A stretch of DNA of 61,991 nt, counting the filler, from Chiloscyllium plagiosum (Eukaryota), in NCBI RefSeq assembly GCF_004010195.1. It is 3 parts of one record of this genome, joined end to end, with 100 filler letters (N's around TTAATTAATTAA, not from the genome) between each part and the next. Parts side by side here need not be neighbours in the genome. Positions count along the whole stretch, not along the records: positions 32,265 to 61,991 come from NC_057713.1; 2 more parts are not named here. One strand, 5' to 3'. The position numbers were made by a program, and so were the translations under genes. This document shows, in pieces, positions 50,834-61,991 of this stretch. The first letter of the stretch is position 1; each line of letters begins with the position of its first letter. Under the pieces are notes generated by a model. It searched no databases. It saw only the letters and a program-made list of their open reading frames with translations, and was not told the origin of the DNA.

Positions 50834-52315
50834 TTTATTGTCTTGTCTTGCTGTTGCCAGTCTCTTAGCCTTTCAGGACCAAACACATCTAACTGACCCT
50901 CTGCCTGTTCGGGATTTTCCTGCACCATTACATCAAACACGAACTGAACCTCAACTCTTTCATCTTTCTCTTTATTTTTTGCTTCATGCTGTGACTTATG
51001 ATTGTGGGATCTGGTTACCACACAGTCTGGGAAAATACCAGGATATTTCTGTTTTAACTCCTCAGTTTCTAGGTCTTCCTTGGGCTTCTGTACAACAAGG
51101 GGTGTCACTCCCACCTTGGATCCTGCCAAATCATTCCCAAGAACAAACTGAATTCCTGCAACTGACACTCTGTCAATCACTCCCACTGTAACTTCCCCAG
51201 TCTTAAGTTAGCACTCCAACCTGATCTTACATATCACAAATTACCACACTCTCGGGTAACAGATCAGAAAGAATGCATAGTCACTCATCGCTTACTATCA
51301 GCAACTGGTTACATCATGTATCTCTCAAAATTATAACTTCTTGTCCTTCTCCCCCTGTTCTTTCTGCTAAACTTTACCCACAGAGGCGAATTCTTTGTAG
51401 AGATCAGGTACTAAATCCATACCCAGCCTAAACTGTGCACTCTCTTGCAGCTCCTCGGCCTTCCTAGGGTTTCCTTTACTACCTTCACTAATGCCACTAA
51501 CTTAGCTTCTTTTACCACATCTTTTCCCACAGCACCTTTCTTTAATGACCAGCACTGTGACTTTACATGTTCCAGCTTCTGGCAGTGAAATACCTTTTCC
51601 CACTGCCCTTCTGAAACCACCGGCACTGTATTTTTCGGTATCTCACTCCATTATAGTGAAAACATCTGAGGCCTTTGACGTCCTTTTCATCATCTTGGGC
51701 TTCTTTTTTATCCTTGATAAATTCTTACCACTGCACTGGTTTTGTAATGTAGGATCTCCCCTTCTCCCAACTTCTATTCCTCACAGGATGAAATTCTGGA
51801 CAGTAGCTTGTCTTATGCACCAACCTGTACTCATCTGCTAACTTTGCTGCCCTTCTCATTTCCTGAACTTTCTGTTCCTCCACGTGAATTCTTTCCATCT
51901 CTGGAAGTGAGTTTTTAAACACATCCAGCAGAATAATCTCTCTTAGAGCCTCAAATGTCCTAACAATTATCAAAGCATGCACCCATCATCAAAATGACTA
52001 TGTTTAATTCTTTTGAACTCAACATAACTCTGACCTGGTTCCTACTTTGTGTTTCTGAACCGCTGTCTATATGCTTCTGGTACCAATTCATAAGCACTTA
52101 AAATAGCCTGTTTAACCTCTTCATGATCTCTTGACCCCTCATCTGACAGTGTGGCAAATATCTCACTAGCTTTGCCTACCAGTTTAGTCTGAACTAGCAT
52201 TACCCATAAATCCTCAGACCACTCCATCTGCCTAGCCATTTTTTCAAATGAAATAAAGAAGGCTTCAACATCTTTCTCATCAAAATGTGGCAGAGTTTTG
52301 ACTCTTTTAATCTCC

Positions 52316-52523
52316 GCTGAAAATGTGTTGCTGGAAAAGCGCAGCAGGTCAGGCAGCATCCAGGGAACAGGAGAATCGACGTTTCGGGCATAAGCCCTTC
52401 TTCAGGAGGGCTTATGCCCGAAACGTCGATTCTCCAGTTCCCTGGATGCTGCCTGACCTGCTGCGCTTTTCCAGAAACACATTTTCAGCTCTGATCTCCA
52501 GCATCTGCAGACCTCACTTTCTC
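52316..52523. mobile_element. Young hairpin Penelope-end insertion in Gypsy gag
   Basis: Near-perfect ~85-bp inverted arms; intact minus-strand hammerhead core 52376-52406; 14-bp duplication CTCTTTTAATCTCC at 52302-52315 and 52524-52537. Confidence 0.82.
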
Positions 52524-53065
52524 CTCTTTTAATCTCCATCCTGTTAACTGACTTTGCTGACTGAGTCGCAACTTCTCAAGTTCAAATTCTCTCTTTTTTT
52601 TTCTCTCCCTTTCTTCTCTCTCTCTTTGTTCAGCCAAGAATCATCTCTCTCTCTTTTTTCCTCTCTCTCTCTTTCTCTCTGTTTGTTTACTTTCTAACTT
52701 CATTTTCCTCAATTGTAGGTTAAGTTTTCTTTTACCTCTACCGCACTTGTCTGTTTCTCTGACACATTAAAGTGTTTGAGTAACCCCTTTACAATTTCAG
52801 CTTTACTTTTGTTCTTGGTTGAACCCAAATCTGACTTTTTGCTAATTCTAAAAGTATAGCCTTTTTTTTCTAAACTTTATTTTCAAATTTGAGAAACATC
52901 ATCAAATCCGAGAACTGCTTTCGCGATTTTAAGAACCATTTCTCTCATTTTAAATTTAATCAACCACAAGTCACCAAAATTAAACATATTGTCTCATCTA
53001 CATTTTATTTAAAGATCTAGTACACTAACATGTGTAGGAGTACAGCTGCAACTCCAATGTCACTA

Positions 53066-53604
53066 ATTACAAGTCCTTCCTCTAACCTATCTTTTACCTT
53101 TCCTTCTATAATACCCATCTGATAAAACTCCCAATTAAGATTTACAAAACAACATGTCTTATCTCAAAACCAGGCCACTTCCAGTTTCCTCTGAATTCCT
53201 ATCTTCTTCTTGGGAAGTCTGTTTCACAGGTTGCTGATTGATTAAAGTATCTTTTAAGAGAGCTATTTTCTGGGCAGTGTGCAGATGCCATTGGCTTGGC
53301 AGTTCTCCTCCAAACTGTTCAATTTTCCACGGACTTATACCCCCCACATCCCAAAGCATTGGATTGTGGCACTGGCTTTTAAGATTGTCAAAATACTCAA
53401 TTCCAACTTGATTGGAATTTGGCATTTTTTGAGGTATAATTTAAACTGATTGGTCTAATTTGAATCTGTTTTGTCATTTCTAGGCAACCAGCTACCCTAG
53501 TAGCTGGATCACCTGTTATATTGTACCTTATTGAGAACACTTGGTGCTGTTACTGCTAGTTTTTAACTCTCTTAAAAGTACAGTACACCCACATCTTCAT
53601 AAGA
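53066..53604 (-). repeat. 5' LTR of the Gypsy element, inner ~170 bp missing
   Basis: Colinear with ~47203-47725 (TTACAAGTCCTTCCTCTAACCTATC...CACATCTTCATAA). Confidence 0.85.
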
Positions 53605-54649
53605 TTAGAAATATACAACTAGAGTAGTTAATTATCTAACTTTCCACATCATGTAAGGCCTTTAAAAAATGCTCAAATCCAATTTATGCAGCTGTATCAC
53701 TTCTTTCATACCTAGCTATACACCTGTATGTTGCATTCATTAGGGCCCTTGGAAGTTATCCATTGCAGGGAGCGTATTTTTTCATGGGAATAAAGTACTT
53801 GAAATGAAGGCTAACTCTTCTGGTCTTCATCTGCAACATTTTGTTAATTGACCCCTTCAGGGTTCATGTACTTCTATTTGCCTGTTCTATCTAAACTTCT
53901 ACCCTTTGAAAACCAATTTCACCTGTATACCAGTTTCATTCCTTCCCTGCTCACAGCAAATAACTCCCTATATTGTTCCAGCATTGATCTCTTTCTTTAG
54001 TTCGTCCTGTCACTTCTGTAGGTGAGTTAAGGAGACAGGTCCATTATTACAGTGCTTGTCATAGATGGCACAAAACGCTGTAACTGAGAGTCAGTGGAGA
54101 AGGAAGACAATGTTGAAGGTAATGGATGTGATGTGGTGTGAATCAAGTATGCTGCATTGTCCTGACTAATGTCAACTTTCTTGATGGTGTCAGAGAAGTA
54201 GGCAGCTTTCCAGGCTGCCGAGCCTGGGGCTCTTCCACTCCTGCATCCGCCTGCTTTTCTTTGTCTTTATTTTTCTCTCCCTTCTTGCCTTTCATCAATA
54301 GAGGGACGAGTGTGAGTTCAGCTCTGGACCCGGCAGCATCGACAAGGTCAGTCCAGCGATGAATAGGCAGCACCTGAGTGGTGCCTCTGACGTTGGTGAG
54401 TCTGATGTTGGTAGCTCAGGATTCACAGTGGTGGAGGATTGGTGAAGCATTGAAGCCTGGAGCAACAGATAAAGAACAAAGCTGGAATCTCTTTCAGTTT
54501 TTTTATATGTTTAAGTTATTCAATTTGTTACCAGAGCATGGCAACAATTGAAGCTTTTCAGTGTATTTTTTCTTAAATATAAGTGACAATAAATAATTCA
54601 GTTAATTGTTCAATATCCACTTTTGGGAAGTGCTGAGTATTCTCGGACA

Positions 54650-56760
54650 CTTCTGGCTTTTATCTTGCAGATGGTGCTTATTCTTTGGGAAGACAGGAGG
54701 TGAGCTGCTTACTGCAGAATTCATAACCTCTGACCTGCTCTTGTAGCTGCAGCATTTATATTGCAGGCCAAATTTAGTTTCATTGTCAATGTAGTCATCA
54801 GGATGTTGTATATTGGAGTTTCAACAATGGTAATGTCATCAAATGTCAAGGGCAATAGTTAGATCTCTCTTGTTGGAAATGTTCAATGCCTGGCACTTAA
54901 ATAGCAAGAAACATTTGGGCTACATCTCAGCCCAAGCTTTATTATTGTTCTGCTTCAGTATCAGAAGAGTCGTAAATAGTGATGAATTTTGTGAACATTC
55001 CATATCGGACCTTATGAAGTGCTTGGGATAGGTTATTGATGAAGCAGCTGAACTTGGTTGAGTCTAGAACACTATGTTGAAGGACTTGCAGAGATGTCCT
55101 TGCTCTGAGATGGTAGACGTTCCACAATTACTTTATGAGGCATGACTCCAAACAGCAGATAGCTTTCCCCTCATTTCCATTGGCTCTGTGATACCATATT
55201 TGATTAAATGTTGCCTTGACATCAATTCTGGATTTAAGCTTTTTTGCTCCTGTTTGAACCAAGGCTGAAAATGGGCTTAGGAGCTGAGGGGGCCTCGTAT
55301 AATCCAAACTGCGCATCAGAGAACTTTGGAAGTACCACTTAATGATCACTTCCATTTCTTTGCTGAGGATGAAGGCAGTAATCGTTTGGATTGGACTTGT
55401 CTTACTATTTCTGAACAAGACATACCTGGGCAATTTTCTGCATCATTGGCTAGATACCAGTATTACAGTTGTGCTGGATGAGCTTGGTTTTGGGTGCAAG
55501 TAGCTATGGAACACAAGTCCCACAGCTTTCATTAAGATCCAATTCCTTGAGCTGTTTCTTGATATTATGTGGAATGATCCAAACTAATTTGCGAAGACTG
55601 GCATCTGTGATACTGCCAATCTCAGCTGGAGACTGAGATAGATCATTCGTTCAGTGCTTCTGGCTGAAGATTGACGTGAATGCTTCAGATGGGACATTTG
55701 CACCAGTGTGCCGGGCTCTTCCACCATTGAGGATTGGAATATTTGTGGATCTCCTTGTCTAGTGAGAAATTTAATTACTCACCACCATGCAAACGTGAAC
55801 GTGATGATTATAGAACTAGATCTGATCCATTAACCATGGAATCACTTAGCTGTGTCACTCAATAAAGTTCCCATTGTTTGGCATACAAATAGTTGTATAT
55901 TGTATTCTATTCAGATTGACACCTCATTTTTAAGGAATGCCTTGTGTTGGTCTAGGCATGCTCTCCTAAAATTTTCTTTGGATCAGGGTTGATCTCCCAG
56001 CTTGATTAATTTTAGTAATGTTAGAGTGGGGTGTATGATGGACCATGAGGTTATAAATTGTGGTTTTGTTAGATCTCTGAAATCTGTCCCACGTAGCTGT
56101 GTTGTACCATACATCTTTACAGATGATATCCTCAATTTGAAGACGGGAATTTATCTCCACAATGTCAGTGCACTGTTCACTTCTATTAATACTCTCATAG
56201 ACAGACACGTGTAGATTGGTGAGGATGAGATCAAGTATTTCTTACCTCCTTGTTGGTTCCCTTACTACCTGCTACAGCCCTAGTTTAGCAGCAATGTCCT
56301 TTAGGACTCAATCAACTCAGAAGACGTTCTTGCAAGCCCCTCTCCGTTATGGATATTGAACACTCTAGAGTACGTTCCTTGCCCTTTCCACACCCAGTGC
56401 TTCCTCAAATTTGTGATAATCAACAGATTTCCTTGCCCATGTTTGACCTAATGCTGAGATTTCATGGGGTCTGAAGACAATATTGAGGACTCCTCAGGGA
56501 ACTCTCTCTGAGACTGTATACCCACTGTGCAGCTACCTCTGCTGGGTCTGTCTTGTTATTGGTACAGGATTAGTGATATCTAGGATGTTACCTAGATGTT
56601 GTGATGCTGGAGGTATAACTAAGTCAGACTGTTTCTTGACAAGGCTGTACAAGAACTCTCCTAATTTTAGAATGAGTACTTAGATGTTAGTAAGGAGGGC
56701 ATTGCAGAGTCAACAGGCCTAAGTTTGCGGTTAATTTTTCCAGTGCCTAGGTTGATTCTG
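54650..56760 (-). mobile_element. Old CR1/L2-group LINE, heavily decayed
   Basis: Similar to 37900-39420; IDVKATFNQIWY, QHSVLDS..FSCFINNL remnants. Boundaries approximate. Confidence 0.55.
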
Positions 56761-59700
56761 GTAGTCCATCCAGTTTCACTAATGTTTACATTTTGATACC
56801 TAAGAAGTGTTAACTCTCTATTTTAATCCCAGGTTCACAAAGAAGAGCAGTCTGTATTTTATTTTACTTTGTTTCTCCACTACCAAATTGCCTGTGTTTC
56901 TAGTGAGATGAAACATTTGCAAGCAATGCTCATTAGGCACAGAGCAACAATAAAAGTGAGGAATTGTAGGGAGAGAGGTAAATGAGTAAATCAAAATGGA
57001 AAGGGGTGGGTGTGGTGTCTGTGTACTCACATTTAACTGGTGAAATGGGAAAATCAGTGTAAATAAAAAATTAAGAAATCTCAGCTAGTGTTTTAACCAA
57101 TAATGTAGCTTATTGAAAATAGTTAAATTAATCCAGTGTGTTAAGGTTACTTATAGTCAGACACATTAGCAAAACAAGCAGGGCACAAACAGCAGTGAAA
57201 AAAAACAACAAATGGTCATGTCCCAGAGGCATGAATGAATTATACAGGATAGTGCAATGATAACACCACCTGTGAGAATGATGCTAGGCACACAGCAAAT
57301 GGCTCCTTTCTCATGAGAAAGTGGCGAGATATGCCACTCTAAGACATTAAGTGATTGTACTGGGGCAATAGACAGATAACATGTTCCAAAAATAAAGATT
57401 AGGTGCCCCATCAAAGATTAAAGACCAATTGGCCAGATGTTTATCTCTCCGCCGCTACTCTCACCCCTTTCTGTGCACATGCCCTGACGTTAATTTACTT
57501 CTCAAATGTCACAGCTGGAATTTAACGACAATCAGATGAATGAAATCACATGGATTGCAGGTGATTGGTACATTCAAGTAATGAAAGGCCAAGGTTAAAA
57601 AGAGTATACATATCAAAGTTGTGTAACAGTTCAGGGAACTCCATTGTCCCACATGAAGTGTGTGCCTCCTTTGCATATGCTTGATAGCAAATTCCAAGTA
57701 TCTCAGTCTGGTTTTTGTATTCCTTGGTAAATCAAATGAACCTCCCCTTTCAGCTGGTAACTTTCAATTAAATGTCAATCCCTTTTAGGGATTTTCTGAA
57801 GTTATTTATAAGATAAATTATTTTAATTCACAGTGACAGTGGCCCTACCTCTGGGCTAGAAGATGCAGCTGTCTCAGAGGTGTCCCCAACAGAGGTTGAT
57901 TTAAAACAACTGTAACTTGTTAGTTCCTCACCAAGATCAGACAAAAACTTTAGCAAAAATAAATGTCTGACTTCCATCTGGATGAAATATGTTATGGATT
58001 CCAAAATATTATTTACTAATTATTATTCATTTTGAGCTCAGGCTGAAAAGCAAATGCAAGGAAGCTGTGGTATTATACCTTTGAATTAGCTTCCTTTACC
58101 AAATTTGCAATATTAAGACGTCTGAAACTTCTTCATACCTACCATTCAGCTAGCCATAAAAAAAAATCCCTTGGAAACAAAAGGTTCCAATTCAATTCCA
58201 TCTTCGATTAGAGATCTCACCAACTATTAAATTTACTTAATGATATACTCATTACATCTCATTCTTAAATCACCATATACTAATATTATTATTATTTTGT
58301 AAGCAACAGTTGCTCACCACAGCAGACAAGGACAGGTATTGCACTTGTATAGAACACAATCTATCTATTTAGTCATAGGGGCAGTTAGTATCTGAATACT
58401 TCAGCAAGTGTACATCAGATTGTCATAGATAAGAATGCACACAAGCTGGTGACCTCATTTGAATACAGAAGAATAAAAATGTTAATGCCACAGATATGGA
58501 ACCAGCAAGCATTATATTATCTGAATTAATTTAACATTGTAACTTGACATTTGTTATTAACAGTACGAATTAGACTGTGTCTGCAAGTTATTGGACATTA
58601 ATAGTCAGGAACATTATGCAAGGTGACAGCAGCCTCTGTTTGGGAAGAATATGAAAGGATCTTCATTCAATTTGAACCCTTCTCAATTTCCTGCATTATC
58701 TATACAGAGAGGATAGGCTTCCTGCACTGATGGTCTATCATAGTATTCACACTCAAAGAGGAAAACCCATCTCTGGTGTAGTGATTCAGTTGAAATACCA
58801 GTGTCAAGGTAGACCAAGAGACACTTGCTTTGCCCAATTGTTTTGGTGTTTCAAAAAAAGAGTTAAGACAGGAATTAAGGAAAAAAAAATTCCAAGCTTG
58901 TTCACTTGTTCAAAGTCTTTAGCTTACATGATACTTGGGAGGTGCAGAGAGTGAGGGCATCCCATTCCTTTGCGGTATGTATCATATCACAACAGGTCAA
59001 TTACAAATACTATATGTTACTTAACCTCTGTCTGCAGAAGATTTAACTCCATGTCAACACTAATACTTTTTCTTTCACAGACAAATCTTGGGCAGAAGTC
59101 GGAGTAAACAGTACGGAGACACAAAAGCTCATCACATGATATCATTTATTTTCAACAAGTCGACAGTAGACAAATAATTGGATCTTCTCAAAAGAGGGTG
59201 CAGGCAAATTCTTCTGGTCTTTATCACAAGCAAGGATTCAGAAAGGCTCTCGATGCTCCATTATCTTCTATTAGACAATCTGATATCACACACAATCAGT
59301 TATTATTCAATAGAAAACCTAGGTTCAGTTTAACTTCTTAAATAGCAGGTTAAGACAGGTACAAACATGGAACAAGAGTAGGCCACTCAGCCTTTGAGCC
59401 TACTCTGCCATTCGATAAGATCATGCTCTAGCTGCATAGAAATGTTCTGCAATTCATGACTACACCCCCCAGATCTCTCTACATCTCGCAGCTCTGCAAC
59501 TTATCATTTCGATTTTTTTTGCCAAAAATCATTATTCACACTTTTCCACAAACTCCTGTGTCAAATTGTTGCTCACTCAATTAAACCACCTATATCCCTT
59601 AATAGACTTCTTATGTCCCCTTCACAACTCACTTTGTGTCATTAGCAAATTTAGCTACCATATCTTTGATCTCTTCCTCCAAATCATTCATGTAAATTAT

Positions 59701-61489
59701 AAAGAGCTGAGGCCCCAGCTCTGGCCTGAGAATACCACTGCTACCATTTATTATAGTTCTCTGCTATCTTGTTAGCCAGTCAATCTTCTATCCATGCCAA
59801 TATTTTGCCCCCTACACAGTGAGCTGATTTTCTACAATAATCGTTTGATGTGGAACTTTATCAAATGTCTTCTGGAAATCTAAGTACATTACATCTACTG
59901 GTTCCCCTTTATCCACAGTACAAGTTGCATCTTCAACTTCAATAAATTAAACGTAATTTCCCTTTGACATAAACACGTTGGCTTTGCCTGATCACCTTGA
60001 ACTTACCCAAGTGCCCTCTCATAGTATCTTTAATGACAGTTTCAAACATGTCCTATTTTACTCCTATATATTATGCATATTTGCATTTCTGTAAGACATA
60101 TCTGGAATTGACTGGAATTTCTACTTTGTTGGTTTACTGTCTCTGCAATGTTATATCGATAGATTGTAATTAGAGACCAGACAATTTTTGAGACAGAAAG
60201 GAAATTAAAATTGACACCCTCTAATACACCTAGGTCAATGCTGACGAAAGCCTGTATCTCCTACAACTGCAGTTGGCAAATAGTTGGTTTCAGCAGATGG
60301 GCTAGAGTGACATATGCAAAACAAAACCTTAGGAAATAATCAATGGACTTCACCTCTCAATTGTCACCTGCCATTAACTCTCATGGTGAATGGTCTGTAG
60401 TGTGCTATTGCTCACGTGCTGGTTAATGACAGGCAAAATAATTCAAACTAACATAATTAAAGGACATGCACTATGTTGCAACATGAGCAGCTTATGCTAA
60501 AAACAGGTCAGGTTGCAAAACTAGACTAGGAAGCAAACTTCTGCAGCTTCACAAGTAATGCCACAGTCAGCATACGTGCTTTTTACTGAAATGCTGCATG
60601 AACACTAAAGGTTCACAGATGGTTTGCAGTGTATGGGGTCATCTCTATCGCTGCCTGATGTAATAAGCGACCATTCATACTCAGTTTCTCATTTACTTTT
60701 CAGAGGCCATTTGGCTATCATGTTTCTTATCTCTTATTCTTCTAAATTCCAATGCAAACAGGCCTAATCTTTCTTTATTAAGTTAACATCTCCATCCCTC
60801 ACCCCAGGAATCAGTCAAAGAAGCCTTGTCTGAACTGCTTCTAATGCATTCATATTCTTTCTTAAGTAAGGAAATCAAACTACACAATACTTGACATGCA
60901 ATCTCAATGTCCTGTACAGTTGCAACAAAACATCCCTACTTCTTTTGTCATATCCCTTACAATGAAAGACAATTTCTAATTTGCTTTTCTAATCAGAGAT
61001 TCATGTGTCAAAACATCCAGATTCCTCTGCACCTCAGAGTTCTGCAGTCTCTCAGTTTAAATGTGTTGCTTCCTATTCTTCTGACCAAAGTAGACAAAGT
61101 TTTAATTTTTCTATGTTACACCAATTCATCTGTGACTTTTGTTTTGTCCACATAGAATCCAGAATGTGCTGTTGCAGATTCCAATGTCCTTTCATAACTT
61201 CATTCCATAGTTAACTGATTGTCATTCGCAAATATGGACACTTTATGCAAGTTATTGAGTTAATTTTTAAAATAATTAAGGCACCAGCACGAATCCCTGT
61301 GTCACTCAGTCATAGAGATGTACAGTACGGAAACAGACCCTTTGGTCCAACTCATCCATGCCAACAAGATAACCCAACCCAATCTAGTCCCACATCTTAC
61401 CAATGTAAAAATGCCTGCTTTGTTTACTGTTAGCTAACCAATTCTCTGTTCCTCATAGTGGTAATCCCTCCACCATGAACTATTAATAA

Positions 61490-61991
61490 AGTCGCAGGTA
61501 GATAGGATAGTGAAGAAGGCTATCCTTTATCGGTTAGAGTATTAAGTACAGGGTTGGGAGGTCATGTTGTGACTGTACAGGACATTGGTTAGGCCACTGT
61601 TGGAATACTGCGTGCAATTCTGGTCTCCTTCCTATCAGAATGATGTTGTGAAACTTGAAAGAGTTCAGAAAAGATTTACAAGGATGTTGCCAGGGTTGGA
61701 GGGTTTGAGCTACAGGGAGAGGCTTAACAGGCTGGGGCTGTTTTCCCTGGAGGTGCCCGAGGCTGAGAGGTGACCTTACAGAGGTTTACAAAATTATGAG
61801 GGGCATGGATAGGGTAAATAGGCAAAGTCTTTTCCCTGGGGTCGGGGAGTCCAGAACTAGTGGGCATAGGTTTAGGGTGAGAGGGGAAAGATATAAAAGA
61901 GACCTTCGGGGCAACTTTTTCACACAGAGAGTGGTACGTGTATGGAATGAGCTGCCAGAGGAAGTGTGGAGGCTGGTACAATTGCAACATT
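61490..61991 (+). mobile_element. HER1/CR1-type LINE 3' fragment, runs off the window
   Basis: VRPLLEYCVQFWSPSY..ERVQKRFTRMLPGLEGLSYRERL. Confidence 0.88.

Larger units (their letters stand above)
47036..53604 (-). mobile_element. Gmr1-type Gypsy LTR retrotransposon, near full length, inactivated
   Basis: Two homologous LTRs and a PPT (AAGGGGGAGG, 47726-47735). Order gag/SCAN-like (52359-51725), CCHC (~51600-51550), protease remnant, integrase (HELP..GHLG, CRPCHTC, DCVGP, TPFELLFG; 50800-49700), RT (YLDD at ~48653-48664), RNase H (DASDIGVGAVL; 48465-47947). Many stops and frameshifts. Confidence 0.92.

Noticed and set aside
54138..54373. GC-richer short ORFs on both strands
   Set aside because: No recognisable domain or convincing splice sites; cannot be supported as a gene.

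Overview
Eukaryotic, repeat-rich genomic DNA, almost certainly from a shark (HE1-type SINEs, HER1/CR1 LINEs). The left ~34.5 kb holds part of the SCO-spondin gene (SSPO) on the minus strand. I resolved 11 exons by hand from GT-AG sites: two F5/8-type-C exons, then an unbroken phase-consistent chain of nine TSP1/TIL/VWC-like exons (411 codons). Five of the exons are missed or mis-framed by the ORF track. The introns contain a ~5 kb CpG-rich 18-bp minisatellite, a 26-bp minisatellite born from a CR1 coding segment, CR1 LINE fragments, HE1 SINEs and Penelope-like (GIY-YIG) elements. After a 500-N join at 34448-34947 the sequence looks more AT-rich and I found no SSPO exons. That half contains a degenerate but nearly complete Gmr1-type Gypsy LTR element (SCAN-like gag, integrase upstream of RT). 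The most interesting non-coding signal is a minimal hammerhead-ribozyme core (CTGANGA-stem-GAAA-palindrome) in three Penelope-type repeat families with different but still paired stem II. It also sits at the centre of short hairpin insertions with 14-18 bp target-site duplications. I found no prokaryote-type system (no CRISPR, no operon). All family assignments are from recognition, not database searches.
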